Assembly (NCBI RefSeq): GCF_009914755.1
Contig: NC_060928.1
Source of the DNA: the human T2T-CHM13v2.0 reference genome, Homo sapiens
DNA length: 64,000 bases
Reading direction: 5' to 3' (one strand)
In this document: one piece after another, positions 13,216 to 27,845 of the stretch
Position numbering within the stretch: the first letter of the stretch is position 1
Layout of the letters: the number at the start of each line of letters is the position of its first letter
Program-made: the position numbers and the translations under genes
The notes under the pieces: model-generated
Databases searched by the model: none
Told to the model about the DNA's origin: nothing
The model's input: the letters and a program-made list of their open reading frames with translations, nothing else

Positions 13216-13930
13216 TTATACAGAATTCCCTCAGGCATTTTTAAGTTTATGTAATAGGGATGTATCTTACAGTTGATGGGTACATTTAGTGTAGTCCCCC
13301 TACCTCCCAAGCTAATAATGGTGCGTCGTACAATTGATGGTACCAAATTGAGGTGATAATAACATAGAAAGAGTTTAATGCAACGTGAAGTACAAAATGC
13401 ATTCAATAAGTAGCTGCTATCATTTTTTTAAAAATTAAATATGGCTGCTTGTTAAGGCCATATCCCAGGAGGAAAGTGTGGTCTCTGCTGGGAGGTTGGT
13501 CTACATACAGGAAGCCAGATGTGTGAGATGGCTCTAGATAGGCAGAAGGGGAGAGCTCGTGCCCTCTAGGAACCTATTAATAGATATCAAGGGTGGGAAA
13601 AGGCAGTGTTTTGTGGTCATGTTAAAGTCAGTGTCTATACCATTGAGGAAAGAGCTAGCCAGAGAAGGACTTACAAACTAGATTTTCTTGATTCATGCAA
13701 CTATCATAGAAATGTTTATTGTTGCTTTTTGTCATTTTGTGTTCTTTAAGGACGTTGTACATTGAATGTCTTCAGCCTTATCTCAGTTGTGGCTTAGAGA
13801 GAGCTGGCCAGGACCAATTGTTTATTCTTTGACCATGGTGTTAAAGGGAGAGTCTGGCTCCTTTTAGTAGGAGTAGCAGTATTTGGCTGGAGACCCTATT
13901 GGGAGAGTGGATTTTAGGAAAGGGGTTAAG

Positions 13931-14046
13931 AGCCAGGTGCAGTGTCACACACCTGTAGTTCCAGCTACTCTCTGAAGGCTGAGGTAGGAGGATGACTTGA
14001 GCCCAGGCCAGCCTGGGCACCATAGCAAGACCCCATCTCTGTAAAA
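13931..14046 (+). mobile_element. Alu monomer (FLAM-like)
   Basis: Single diverged Alu arm. Confidence 0.75.
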
Positions 14047-14531
14047 GAAGGGGATTAGGGGATTAGGATGTAACGGTTTAACTGCTCCCCTTTTGGAAAA
14101 CCTCCTTCCAGTGGCATGCTTGGAGGTGCCAAGTTGCACTTTATGAGACGAGGCAGCCTGTCCTTGTAGATCTTTCCCTGTAAACAAATCCAAAAGATCT
14201 GTCTTGTAGTTTAAGTGTCTCTAATTAGGGTGGCGAGAAGAGTGAAGATGTGAGTCTCAGGTAGATGGAACATAAAATGATCTCATACTATGCAAACTTT
14301 TCAGTAGCCTCTCTTTTAAATGTAGGTTTACAATGTGTTTTGGTATACACAAAAGTATTTAGGGATAAAGGGACATTAACTCTCTAACTTACTCTTAAAC
14401 AGTTCAAAATGTAGGTGAGCAGAAGAGAAAAATATAAAGCAAATGTAAAATGCTAACATTTGGGAAATCTGGGTAAAAGGTATGTGGGAAATCCTCCTAC
14501 TGGCTTTTGTAGTTTTTCTCTAATGAAATGA

Positions 14532-14836
<305 letters not shown>

Positions 14837-15903
14837 GTATGAAATGATTTTTAAAGAAAAAAGTATGTATGTTGAACATCTTTCCATGCAAACACCTATG
14901 TTTATGTTATTAAATCTGCATGCCATACCATTGTACGGATGCACTGTAAAGGCAGTTAGCTAGATGCATGTTGTTTGCCATTTGCTCATTTCCAATTATT
15001 TGCCATGGGAAACAGTGCTTTGTGGAGATCCCTAAATATGATATGCCCTCATATATTTGGAATGAAATCACTGTTCCCCTTTGAAACACCTTCACTCCCA
15101 TAATGGACTTGACAGGAAGATTAACAGTAAATTAACCAACTAATGCTTGAATCTAAGACCTTATTTAGAATTTTAAATGGGTTAAATGGTGACTATTAGT
15201 ATCTGGATAAGGTCAATGTTGCTAATCTAAAATAAGCTCTCAAAATTTCTTCAGTCCTGGTTCATCCAACATAACAAAACTCTTGGGGAAAAAAAACATT
15301 TCGGCGACATGAAACATCTTGGCAAAGTGTCTACTGCTTGAGTAATTATGGAGATCAGAAAGAAGTCTTTCAGTCTCTTGAAGGGTGTGGCTTTTTGAAA
15401 TCACTGTGTTGGAAACAACGGACAAATCTTTTCTGCCTTCTTTTAAAATGTGCTTCACTATTTTTAATGGTTGCCAAATATTTTGATTGGATTCCTAGTC
15501 TCATTCCAGCAACACGTAGGATGAGGGGAATATTTTTTCCAGACTCAGCACAGTCATGTGCTTGTTCTATTGATTCACCTTCGACTTTTAATTGTTATTT
15601 TTCTAATGATCCATGTAAATTGAAATCGTAGAATAGTATTACATTTACCCTCATGTAAAAACAGCATTTCTGTATCTTAAGTTTGTGCTAAAATAGAGCA
15701 CAAATGTTTGGTCCAGTTTTTAGGTGTTTCTTAATGGTTTTAAAAACAAAAAGGCCTGGTTGTTTGCATGTGTAATGCTAGAGATGATTCCAGTGGATCC
15801 TGCCAGATGTAAGGGACACCCTTGATTCTCTTTGGTTATACCTGACTTCAAGACTCTTTCCAGGAAATTTACATGTTTTAAAAACAGACTGCATCTGAAT
15901 TTT

Positions 15904-16103
15904 TTTTTAATTTTTAAATTTTATTTTTAAATTTTTGTCTGTTTTGAAACTGGGTTACGAGACTGGCTAATTTTTGTATTTTTGGTAGAGATGGGGTTTT
16001 GCCATGATGCCCAGGCTGCTCTCAGACTCCTGGGCTCAGGCAATCTGCCCGCCTCGGCCTCCCAAAGTGCTGGGATTACAGGTGTGAGCCAGCACACCTG
16101 GCC
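15904..16103 (-). mobile_element. Shortened Alu (left arm, linker, short atypical 3' piece, A-rich tail) with TSD
   Basis: TSD catctgaatttt at 15892-15903 and 16106-16117. Confidence 0.8.
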
Positions 16104-17160
16104 TACATCTGAATTTTGACATTAGATTCAATTACAGGACGGTGTGAATGTTTGTATGCTCTATTTCCTTTTTCTTCATCCATGGAGTGAATTGGAATGA
16201 GGGAAATGGTAGATTAATAAACCCTAGATTGCAAATTAGCAACCAATTCTATATTAAATTACACATAAATTAGAACCAAGAACAGGAAAGAACCCCTTGC
16301 CATCTGTTCTCTAGCTGCGAGGTAGGTATTAAATGGACCAAAAAGAGCAGAGTTTTATGCATAGCAGTGGCAGTAATGGGAAAGTCATATGTTGTATAGT
16401 ACTTGCTGTACTGTGCCCATGATGCCTGGCTCATGAATTGACACAGAGCAAGTTGCTATTCCATTGAAAACCATATGTTCCATGTCTCTAGTTCAGAAAA
16501 AATAATTGATTTTAATTTAACTTTGCCTACTTTCTTTGCTCTTAAAAATATGTAGACTGTAAAATGTCATTCCCTAGGCACTGTCTGGTGGTGATACCAG
16601 CAGCAGCAATAATCATTATTTGTTTAGCTGGGTATTAGGAAGAGGTAGAAATAGTAGATCTTTCCTCTAAGACAATAATTAATCTCCTCTACCCTTACAG
16701 TCTTTCTCTGAAAAAAACTTTGTGTGCGTCTGTGTATGTATATATGCATGTATGTATAAAGTGAAATGCTGACTTTAAGTGAGATATTTTTAACTTTAAA
16801 ATGAATTTTGGCAGGCTAGCATATAAAAATAATGAAGAGTTATCCTTGATTGGACTTAGCTCCTTACTTTCGACCCACTAATGTGTTCAGATGATCATCA
16901 TCTTTGTCTTCATTTAATGTGGCTTATTGGTTAGCTGTTGCTATGAGGTAGCTGACTGTGGCACCTATTCTAATCTTATTTTGTACATCTCTTATTCCCT
17001 AGGTTTACTAATATACTAATTTTCTTTAATAAAGAAATTTTAGAAACTTTTAACCTGAGGGTCAACAGTTAGTCTGCCATTGTCTCCATCATTACTGTGT
17101 TTCCCCACAAGATTCAGTTAGATTAATCTCTCTGGTCTTATTTCATCCAAATGTAAAGTT

Positions 17161-17355
17161 GTTGTTGTTTTATATATATACAGCCAGAGTGCAGTGGCAT
17201 GATCTTGGCTCACTGCAGCCTCCACCTCCCTGGCTCATGTGATCCTCCTGCCTCTACCTCCTGAGTAGCTGGGATCACAGGCATGCACCACCATGCATGG
17301 CTAATTTTTATATTGCTTTTGGTAGAAATGGGGTTTTGCCATGTTGCCCAGGCTT
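17161..17355 (-). mobile_element. 5'-truncated AluJ-like element
   Basis: TSD caaatgtaaagtt at 17148-17160 and 17356-17368. Confidence 0.82.
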
Positions 17356-17494
17356 CAAATGTAAAGTTCTTAATACTTAGCTAGTAGAAGGTAAGCCTTG
17401 AGATGAGTATTGCTGCATTAATACAGTCATCCACCAGTACCATCACTCTTGACTCTGGTTTGCTAACCTTTTATTTTTTGCTTTTCACTTTCAG

Positions 17495-17539
17495 CAGACC
17501 TACTCCAATGAAGTCCATTGTGTTGAAGAGATTCTGAAG
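17495..17539 (+). CDS. AFF1: AFF1 exon (45 nt, phase 0/0) QTYSNEVHCVEEILK; classical AF4 exon 4, the usual acceptor exon in KMT2A-AFF1 fusion transcripts
   Basis: Pyrimidine tract, then ttcag|CAGACC...CTGAAG|gtgagt. Confidence 0.96.
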
Positions 17540-17631
17540 GTGAGTTCACTGTTAATCTTTCTCATTTGAAGAAATATTTAAGTAGGTAGGCGTACATCCA
17601 TTTACTTTCACTTTAAAGAACAGTTGCCATT

Positions 17632-17927
17632 GGCTGGGTGCGGTGGCTCATGCCTGTAATCCTAGCACTTTGGGAGGCCAAGGTGGGCGGATTGCTTGAG
17701 CTCCGGAGTTCACGACCAGCCTGGACAACATAGCAAAACCCCGTATCTACTAAGAAAAATACAAAAAATTAGCCAGGAGTGGTGGCACATGCCTGTAGTC
17801 CCAGCTACTCAGGAGGCTGAGTCAGGCCTCCTGAACTCGATTGAACCCGAGAGGTGGAGGCTGCTGTGAGCTGAGATCACGCCACTGCACTCCAGCCTGG
17901 GCAACAGAGTTGAAACTATGTCTCCAA

Positions 17928-17978
<51 letters not shown>

Positions 17979-17985
17979 AAAATAA
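17632..17985 (+). mobile_element. Alu with (TAAA)n microsatellite tail
   Basis: Full dimer; aaagaacagttg on both flanks. Confidence 0.9.
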
Positions 17986-19126
17986 AGAACAGTTGTTGTT
18001 CCCAAACCCCTTTTAACCATTTCTCCCCCACTCATCTCCAAAGGCAAAAATAAACCAGAATAGTAACAGAAGTAGTCTTGGAACGTAATTGAATTCTCTA
18101 CCAGATTTTATTAATTAAATTGAAGTCTACAAACTGCAAGACATTTGGACCAGATTTTTATGGCATCTCTCGTTAAGTTTTTCTGGTTGTCCATAAAGGC
18201 CCAGGAGAGTTGCTCACTTCCCAGAGAGGAAACTTCCTGTATTGATGTGTGGGAGGCACCAGTGGTTAAACAGTGCTTGATTTATACCTCTTGGCGTTCT
18301 GTAGGTGATACCTAATACCTATGGCCTCATACATACAGCCTTTTCTTCAGTGAGACGATGAAATTTTAAAGGAATGAAAGAAAAATAGTGGGAAGTAGAT
18401 GGTCATCTTTAGACTTACCTTGAAGGATTACTTTTTGCTTTTGTTTATTGAAACTATGCCATGAACATTTGTGCTTCCACAAATATGTCATTGAATACAT
18501 TACCCACTTGTTCAATTTTTCTTGTACAAGGATGACAGATTCCTTCTAGAACTTAATTCCAGGGGAAAAATGTTAACTTTCCTCATGAATTGGCATTCTT
18601 TCTTTTTATCAGAGAAGAATTATATATAATGTTTCCCATTTTGCCTTTAATTTCCAGGAAACCCAGAGCTTAATTTTAATGCTCAGGTACAGTAATTGTA
18701 AAAACTGAGGGTTTTGTGTATTTTTTATCCCTCTTCTGTGGCCTTTAATTTGCTTCTAGGTCAATTTTAATGATATTCTTGTCTTTTACTGTAGGGTTTC
18801 TGACTTTTTTCTTCTTTTTTTTTTTTAATTAGTAGAGAGATGTATATAATAAATGTGACTGTTAATTTGAATCACTATTGCTCATATTTTCTCAAAATAC
18901 ATTTACTCAATTTTAGTTTTTTAACTTTTCATTTTAAAGTATTAAGTGATGGTGGTACTAAAACCAGTAATTAAGTATATTGGTTATTTCCTCACTTGTG
19001 AAATTTTTGACAGTAGTAGTATCTAACCAGTTGTTTGGAAAACAGCTTGTTTTTGTTTCACAGTCTTTTGTCCCATTTTGTAGTTAGGGTTTTCTGAGAA
19101 AGAAAGAACCTCTAGAGAAACATACC

Positions 19127-19414
19127 TTTTTTTTTTTTTTTTTGAGACAGAGTCTCTCTCTGTCGCTCAGGCTGGGCGTGACCTTGGCCACTGCAATCTC
19201 CACCTCCTGGGTTCAAGCGATTCTTGTGCCTCAGCCACCCAAGTAGCCGGGATTACAGGTGTGCGCCAGTACGCCCTGCTAATTTTTGTATTTTTAGTAG
19301 AGACGGTGTTTCACCATCTTGGCCAGGCTGGTCTCAAATGCCTGACCTCAAGTGATCCACCCGCCTCAGCCCCTCAAAGTGTTGGGATTACAGGCGTGAG
19401 CCACCGTACCTGGC
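19127..19414 (-). mobile_element. AluS
   Basis: Reverse dimer; TSD gagaaacatac. Confidence 0.9.
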
Positions 19415-21941
19415 TGAGAAACATACTTTGAACTGCTAACAGTGAGGAATTTTTGTCAACCAGCATGTAAGATTAAATAAGTTACCTCGATTACATTTTT
19501 TATCATCCTTTTCCTCTTCTGTTTCTGAAATTTGTTGGTATGGTAAGTCGTAAACATACTAAGGAATTTAATTATATACTGTGGCCTTGGCATTTCCTCT
19601 GAAATTGTGCGTTATTTGTTCTATCATTATTTCAGAAGTAAATGCAACAGTGCAGGTTTGTTGTCTTCTGCATATGTCAGATGCTCCTCTTAGGTTTCGG
19701 TGTGTGTTGAAATAAGACATGTCACATCCTTTATTTAGGAATGGTGGTATTACAGCACCAGACAAGCATCTTTAATTGAAGGAACCCATCCGTCCTCCTT
19801 CCCTTCCCACCCAGGATCACGTTAGTGAATCCTTGCTTACCTCGAAATGCTTGAGAGAGAGTGGTTAATGTATAAATCATGCCCATTTATGATTTGGAAA
19901 TCATAACTTGGGAAAGCAAACAGAAGGACGTCCAGGACTGAACAGGCCATAGGCCTTTTCATATTGGAGTCTGCCCCTTCTCTTCTGTCTGTGACCTCAG
20001 TTAAGTTATAGGTCGCTGCTGGGCTTTGGTTTCCTCATTGGTAAAATGAAGGCCCTGGGCTAGCGGATGATCTCCAGGGTCCATTCCAGCTCTTACTCTT
20101 GACGCTGACCCAGATGCTACTTTCCTTTGCCTCCCGGTTCCCGTTCTCATCTTGTACCAGCAATTTATTAAGATTGCCAGGAATCCAAACACAAATCTTT
20201 CTGATGGGTGATAGAGGCAGTAAGTAGTTTCCTAACAGAGAAAATCAATCATAGAAGATAATGTTTGGTTCTCTGGGGTCAGTATTTAAGGGGGAAGTGT
20301 TGTAATGAAGGGGAAGTGGTGGCCCATAACTCCAGCAGGCTAATGGAGTAAGAAGATAGCAGACATACACTGTTAGTTTTCAGGGAATGGTCATGCACTA
20401 GGGTCTAGAAAGGGCAACATGCCCTTGGTGGGTGCATGGAGACACCTCAGATTTTCTACTTACAGGCAAGCCTGGCCTCCACAGTATCTTGGGGGATTAA
20501 TGTGGTACCAGCAAGCATTACCTCAGTGCAGCATTTCCATGATGCTAGTACAATGAGTGGTAGCACTATTTATATGTTCATTTGTTTATTCAACAAATAC
20601 TTGTTAAGCCTCCACAGCACTAGGATGTTGTAGTGAATAAGACAGAGTGCTTGCTTTCATGGAGATCAGAGTAGGGAAGAGAAATACATAGTGTTGGGTG
20701 TTGATGGTGCTGTGAATAATGCAACAGGCCAGTAAACAGAAGGCTAGGCAGAGGGAAGAACTGGTGGAAAATCCTCGAGGTGGTATCAAGTTGGTGTATT
20801 AGAGGAACAATTAGAACTAGACAGTGTCTCCAGAGCAGGATGAGCAAGGAGAAAAAGACAGTAGCTGTGGGGCCTGGAGGGCCAGGGCTGACGTAGGTCC
20901 CAGTGATTTGTCTCTGTTCATGTGACAAGTCATTGTTAAGGTAGGAAGTGAAATCATGGCCTTGTGAGTCTTTCTGAGCAGCCTCTTCTCCTTAATAATG
21001 GCCCCAGTTCTCTTAAGTCCCTCTAGTAAGCTAGGCATGTAGGGAAGTATATAAATCCTTTCAGACTACCAGGGAACCACTTAGGGTTTGAAAGAATTTA
21101 TGTACTTTCCAACTGCCTGATTTAATAGCTGGGACAGCCTTAGGCATTTGGTGACTAAAAGTCATAGATACCATTGAGATTCCAAATAAATTATTGAAAA
21201 ACATAAGGGTGATGTTTTCAGATACCTTCTCAATTAATTATTACATGTTTTTGTGTTGTAACATTATAATGGTTCTGTGCCTTAAAGTATTACCAAGTAA
21301 ATAAAACAGCAGGAAGCTCTCTTTGGTGCAGTATTGAAATTCTTTTAAAACTGGACTTTTAATTAAAAGTTGTAATGCTTTTAATTTATTAAGTGCCTTC
21401 TGTGCAGTATTCATTCAGTACGGTACATAAAGTACTCTTACAATACTTTGAAAATAAGTGGTTCTAGTTTACCTCTTAGTGAGCATTGAGGATTAGGGTT
21501 CAGATGACTTACTTAGGCTGACATGGCTGGTAAGGATTGGAGTTAGGATTGCAATCTGGGTCTTTGGCTATAGCCATTATTCTTTCCAGTATATTTTAGG
21601 AAAGATCTCCTGTTGTGTCCTGAACAAAGCAGATGGCCAGTCAGTAAACAAGGGCACGAGTTCACTTTTAACAAAAATTAAGAAAGCCGGCATCACTTAC
21701 ATTACTCGTCACTGTGCGAGGTCGCTGCTGTCTCTCCTGAGGCTGTGGTAACCCACAGAGCTGCAATGGGGAAGGGCAACGGGAGACCTGCACATAGGTT
21801 GGAAGTGGAAGTACTTGCTACAGTGCCATCTCCAGCTGTTGCAAGAATCAAATGGCATTTTTGTGGAGATAGGTTAGCCAGGACTTAGAAAAGAATGAGG
21901 CGTTAGAATACATCATGTGTTATACAGGTGGAGTAATATAG

Positions 21942-22424
<483 letters not shown>

Positions 22425-23365
22425 GCATGTCGAGTATTAAGCCAGTTTGCCGGGCAGGTCTGACACATGTGGGAACCACCTTTGACTTCCTGGGGTACCT
22501 TGACTCAATCATTTTGGACCTCAGTTTTTTTCAATCTGTAGATGTTGGGGTTGTAGTTAATGGTCTCCAATGCCATTTTGGCCTTTTAGAAAAGTGTGTT
22601 TGTGTGTGTATGTGTATTTGCAATTTGACACATCTTTTTTCTGACATACCTGTTTTCAACAAGTATTTTTAGAAAAATTTGTGAATGTGTTTAGAAGAAT
22701 TCATGTCAAGATACATATATCAATTGTAAGTTTTAGAAATCTTTCCTTCAACTGAGAAAATTGTAAAAATTAAGCTTCTCAATGGAAAAGAAAGGTAATT
22801 TTAAGCTCCTCTCCTTCAAAAAAGTTCTTACTTGCTAATAGTGTGTATCAGGGAAGGGTCAAATCCATTAAAACTCTCCCAAGTGGAACAAGTGACCTGA
22901 ATTACTTGTTTGCTTAAGTCAAACAGGAAAGTTCTTCTTCCTTTGAACTGAAATAATTCCAGGAAATGCAATAAAGAAGCTGAGGGAGAAAGAATGCATC
23001 GAGGAGAGACTGCTTTTCCAGCCCAACCTGTCACCTACAGTCTTCACAGCTCCACAAGCTCTGGCAGTACCTGTTACGTACAGTTTATGTGCTTGATAAT
23101 ATTCAGGGTGTTAAATTCATTCACGTTCTATACCTTGATTGTCTTCTACAAACTGGCGTTTTTTAGTTTTTTATGTTGGAGAGCTTTAACTTTTCAACAT
23201 AGCCCACTGAAATAGGAGTTGTTTTTTTTAAGTACATGAAATAACTTTTAAGATTGTACTTGCCATTTATGATCAATCCATTCTACATTAAGTTCAAAAT
23301 GTTAAGTAGCAATGAATGTTCTATTTATAATTTACTTTTTCTTCCCTTTCCAAATATCTTTCCAG

Positions 23366-23452
23366 GAAATGACCCATTCATGGCCGCCTCCTTTGACAGC
23401 AATACATACGCCTAGTACAGCTGAGCCATCCAAGTTTCCTTTCCCTACAAAG
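23366..23452 (+). CDS. AFF1: AFF1 exon (87 nt, 0/0) [29 protein letters not shown]; conserved AFF-family segment, ELL-binding region by homology to AFF4
   Basis: tttccag|GAAATG...ACAAAG|gtaatt. Confidence 0.96.
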
Positions 23453-24113
23453 GTAATTCCTTAAAAGTATGGCAGGCATTGCATCCACCTTAGTGAAAAG
23501 CGTAAGGCATTGCTGTGAGGCAGATTGATAAAGTATTACTTGTTCAAATCTTTGGAAATGAGGTTAAAATTATGATTAATTTAGCTTCTACAGTGCTTCA
23601 GAATGCTTTCAAACATTTATTCTGCAACTTAGAACATCCTAGATTTTCATAAAGCTTTATAATTTATAAAAAGCATTCAGGATTTTCCAATACGTTCTCT
23701 CATTTGAGGATCCTTACTTTAGAGATGGGAGAACAGAGGGGCAGGGAAATTGAGTGTGTGATTTCTCGTTCAGAATTAGATATATGCACATACATCTTAC
23801 ATATCTCACACTCCCTACATTTTCTTGAGTTTAATGTGATCAGTTACACTAGTGCTGGTTTAATAACAAGCAAATAAACTGCTGACTTGTGTGTTTCTGT
23901 TACAGTATTTATGAACAATGCGTTAAAACACTGCCATTCTCCTTTTTTTTAATTTATACTTTTGGATAACCTTCAAAATGTAGAAATAGCACCTTCAGAT
24001 CTGTGTTTTGTTCAATCTGATATGCATGTTCATTGTTTTATATACATAATACATATATTGAGAGAGTGAGAGAGCTATTCCTTTCCATGATACTGTTGTG
24101 AAAAGTAGTTCTA

Positions 24114-24425
<312 letters not shown>

Positions 24426-24502
24426 GGTTCTATCTACAAAAACTCAAATTTGCTACTTTATATATTTACTTATTTTCTAATAATTTTTAAAATGTAACTC
24501 AT

Positions 24503-24837
<335 letters not shown>

Positions 24838-25173
24838 TTAAAGCACTAAGCTCTGTAAAAATATCTTTGTGCAACAACAAAGGAAAAATAAACTCTAGGA
24901 AAGAAGAGAAGCAATGAAAGCTAAAATTAGGTTAATCAATATTTTCAACTTATGCATGAAAAAAGTTTGAATAGATGGATAGCTGCAAGTCATAATGAAA
25001 TAATTATAGAATCTGTGATGGGTAGTATGGGTATTCTCTACACTGTTTCCATTTTTCTAGATATTTGAAAGTTTCATAAGACTATCCTTTTAATACTAAA
25101 AGCTCAACGGTTTTCTCTTTAACTTTATAAGCCTTAATCTTTTAATAATTAGATATTTTTATTTTCTTTCTAG

Positions 25174-25210
25174 GACTCTCAGCATGTCAGTTCTGTAACC
25201 CAAAACCAAA
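25174..25210 (+). CDS. AFF1: AFF1 exon (37 nt, 0/1) DSQHVSSVTQNQ(K)
   Basis: ttctag|GACTCT...ACCAAA|gtaagt. Confidence 0.94.
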
Positions 25211-25382
25211 GTAAGTAAATTTGAAACTGCTTATTGGATTGGAGAACAAAGCATAGCTTTTACTGTTTAACGTAAAAACATTAGTAAAAAATGCCCCAGC
25301 AGAGATGAGGCCTTCCTATGTTGAAAGAATAGGAAAGGAGAACAAATATAAAACTATTCTTTATGTGGGATTTAAAATTGTT

Positions 25383-25713
<331 letters not shown>

Positions 25714-25921
25714 TTAGTGAAATACTAAACAAATGCAGTGTGGTATTACTGACACATAGTAGCTGTACCAAATGTGACTCTCACAGCTAGGAATTGTATA
25801 CAACAGTAGATTGGAGTGTGTCATTCTTGTGTTTTAAAAAACAAAACTAAGAAATTTTTATAAGGAATATGACATACAGTTTGTCTAGCCCCACTATATT
25901 TGTTTGCCATGTAATTCTTTT

Positions 25922-26082
25922 TCAGCCTGAGGGTTAAATCTGCCCTGCAGCTAGTTTTTGTAAATAAAGTTTTATTGGGACATAGCTGCACCCATTTATC
26001 TAGTATTCTACAAAGTATAGCACAAAAAACCTAAAATATTTATTGTCTGGCCTCTGTAGATAAAATTTGCTGTTCCCTGCTG
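25922..26082. mobile_element. MER58-like hAT-Charlie fossil
   Basis: tttttgtaaataaagttttattgg...aaaatatttattgtctggcc...aaatttgctgttccctg. Confidence 0.7.
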
Positions 26083-27229
26083 TAGAGATACTGAATAAGA
26101 TCTTGCAAAGAAGTCATAACTAAAATTTCCCCAAAATGCAGATAAATAAACCCGACTATATTGCTACAGTATTGTATGAGTAGCTAGGTAAAATTAACTG
26201 AAATGGATGGCTGCTTGGGAAGATTGGGAAATCTTTTTTCTCCACATCTTGGCAGCTAGCCCAGACCAGTGGAGTGTGCACAGGTCTGAAGGCAGAACAC
26301 CAGCTCAGCCGTGGGTGGGGTTGCTATGCACCACTCTGCCCCCACCTTCGGTCTGCTTGGGTTGCTGGTCATGCAGGTGGCATGTCTTTCACGGGGTTGC
26401 TCATGGTTTGTTTTATTGCTAACTCATGGTTTAGAAAGAACCTTTAGTCCATTAAACCATTTGATTTCCCCTTTTAGCAAAATATAGTTGAAGATGAACT
26501 GATAAGCACTTTCTTGGCCAGGGATGGATCATCCTCTTGCCCTATGCAGTAATGTGGGTCAATTCCTTGTTACTCTGATGAGAAATTGTCCAACATTGGT
26601 GGGTCTCCTGGAGGTCCTGGCTCACCAGCTGCTTACCCCCACATCTTTTATGCTGCTGTCACTTTATTCTGCTATTCCGGCAGCCTTATTTATCTTTGTG
26701 AGAATGTGACCTGAAAAAGAGGGATCTAGTTTGTTGCATGTAGGATGAAGAGGATGGTGGGGTATGGATGGATATAGCTTTCAGTGAAGAGAAGACAAAC
26801 ATTTCTTAAAGTATGCCCAGCAAGTCAACTCTGATTTCTTCAACACTTGATCTTATGGTACTGGTACATAGGTTTTAGAGTCTCTGGAGAGGGGAGGTAG
26901 GGGGATTTTACTTGGATGCCCTAGTGTTATATGTCCACAATTGCAAAACCCAGACCCTGTGGAATTTAGAACCCAGGCAAGATGATCGTGTGGAGTCCCT
27001 GTGAATGGTCTGAAGAGGAGGGGCCTCTGCCCCTCTCGTTTGGAGTCTTGGTCCTAGCTTTCTAGACAGAGGGGAGGCCATTTGAAAATATCATATAAGA
27101 GCTGCTGCCACCATGAGGGCAAAGTGACTAATTGCAAATATGCAAGGGTCTCCACATGACATTTGTGGGAAATGTCATTCAGCCCTGCCTAAAAGGTACC
27201 CATGTTTCTTTTTCACTTCCAATTCTGTT

Positions 27230-27845
27230 TCAGGTCCCTATTACCTCATGTCTAGACAAATGCAGCTGCCTCCACACGTAACATTTCCTGCTCCCTTCTA
27301 AGTTATGCCAGGTAGCACTACCAGAGTAATCCTTCTGAGGAATCACTGTGTCATGTTCCTGTTTAGATCATTGATGTGTCTCATAGCCCAGCAAATACAG
27401 TCATAACTTCCCATCCTGGCCTTCAGAGCCCTCTGAAATCTGCTTCCGCCTGTTTCAGTGCTGTCCAGCACAGATTCTGCACCTCAGCCCTGCCCTTTCC
27501 AAACTCAGACCCTCTTCTTCTTGTTTGTTCCCACTGTCCTCTCTCTCTTGCCAGCATCACTCTGCCAGAATCTTGGCTGTCCTTTGTGATACAATTCATT
27601 TTGTTCTTTCTTTAATTTGCTGCCTTTGGTATTACCAAGAGAGCAACCATTCTGTGATTTCCCAGGGCAGTTAATTTATGTATTGACTTGTGTACTTAAT
27701 CTCACAGTGCCTTGGATTATAGATATTTATGGACCCGTTTCATGTCCCTCAGTCAACAGTGAGCTCTCTGAGGACAGGGCCAAATGCCTTAAACATGTTG
27801 GTATCTATGAGGTAGTCTATAAATAGCTGCTGAATGAATGAATTG
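27230..27845. mobile_element. L2 relic (3' region)
   Basis: gtgagctctctgaggacaggg...aaatagctgctgaatgaatgaa terminus. Confidence 0.55.
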
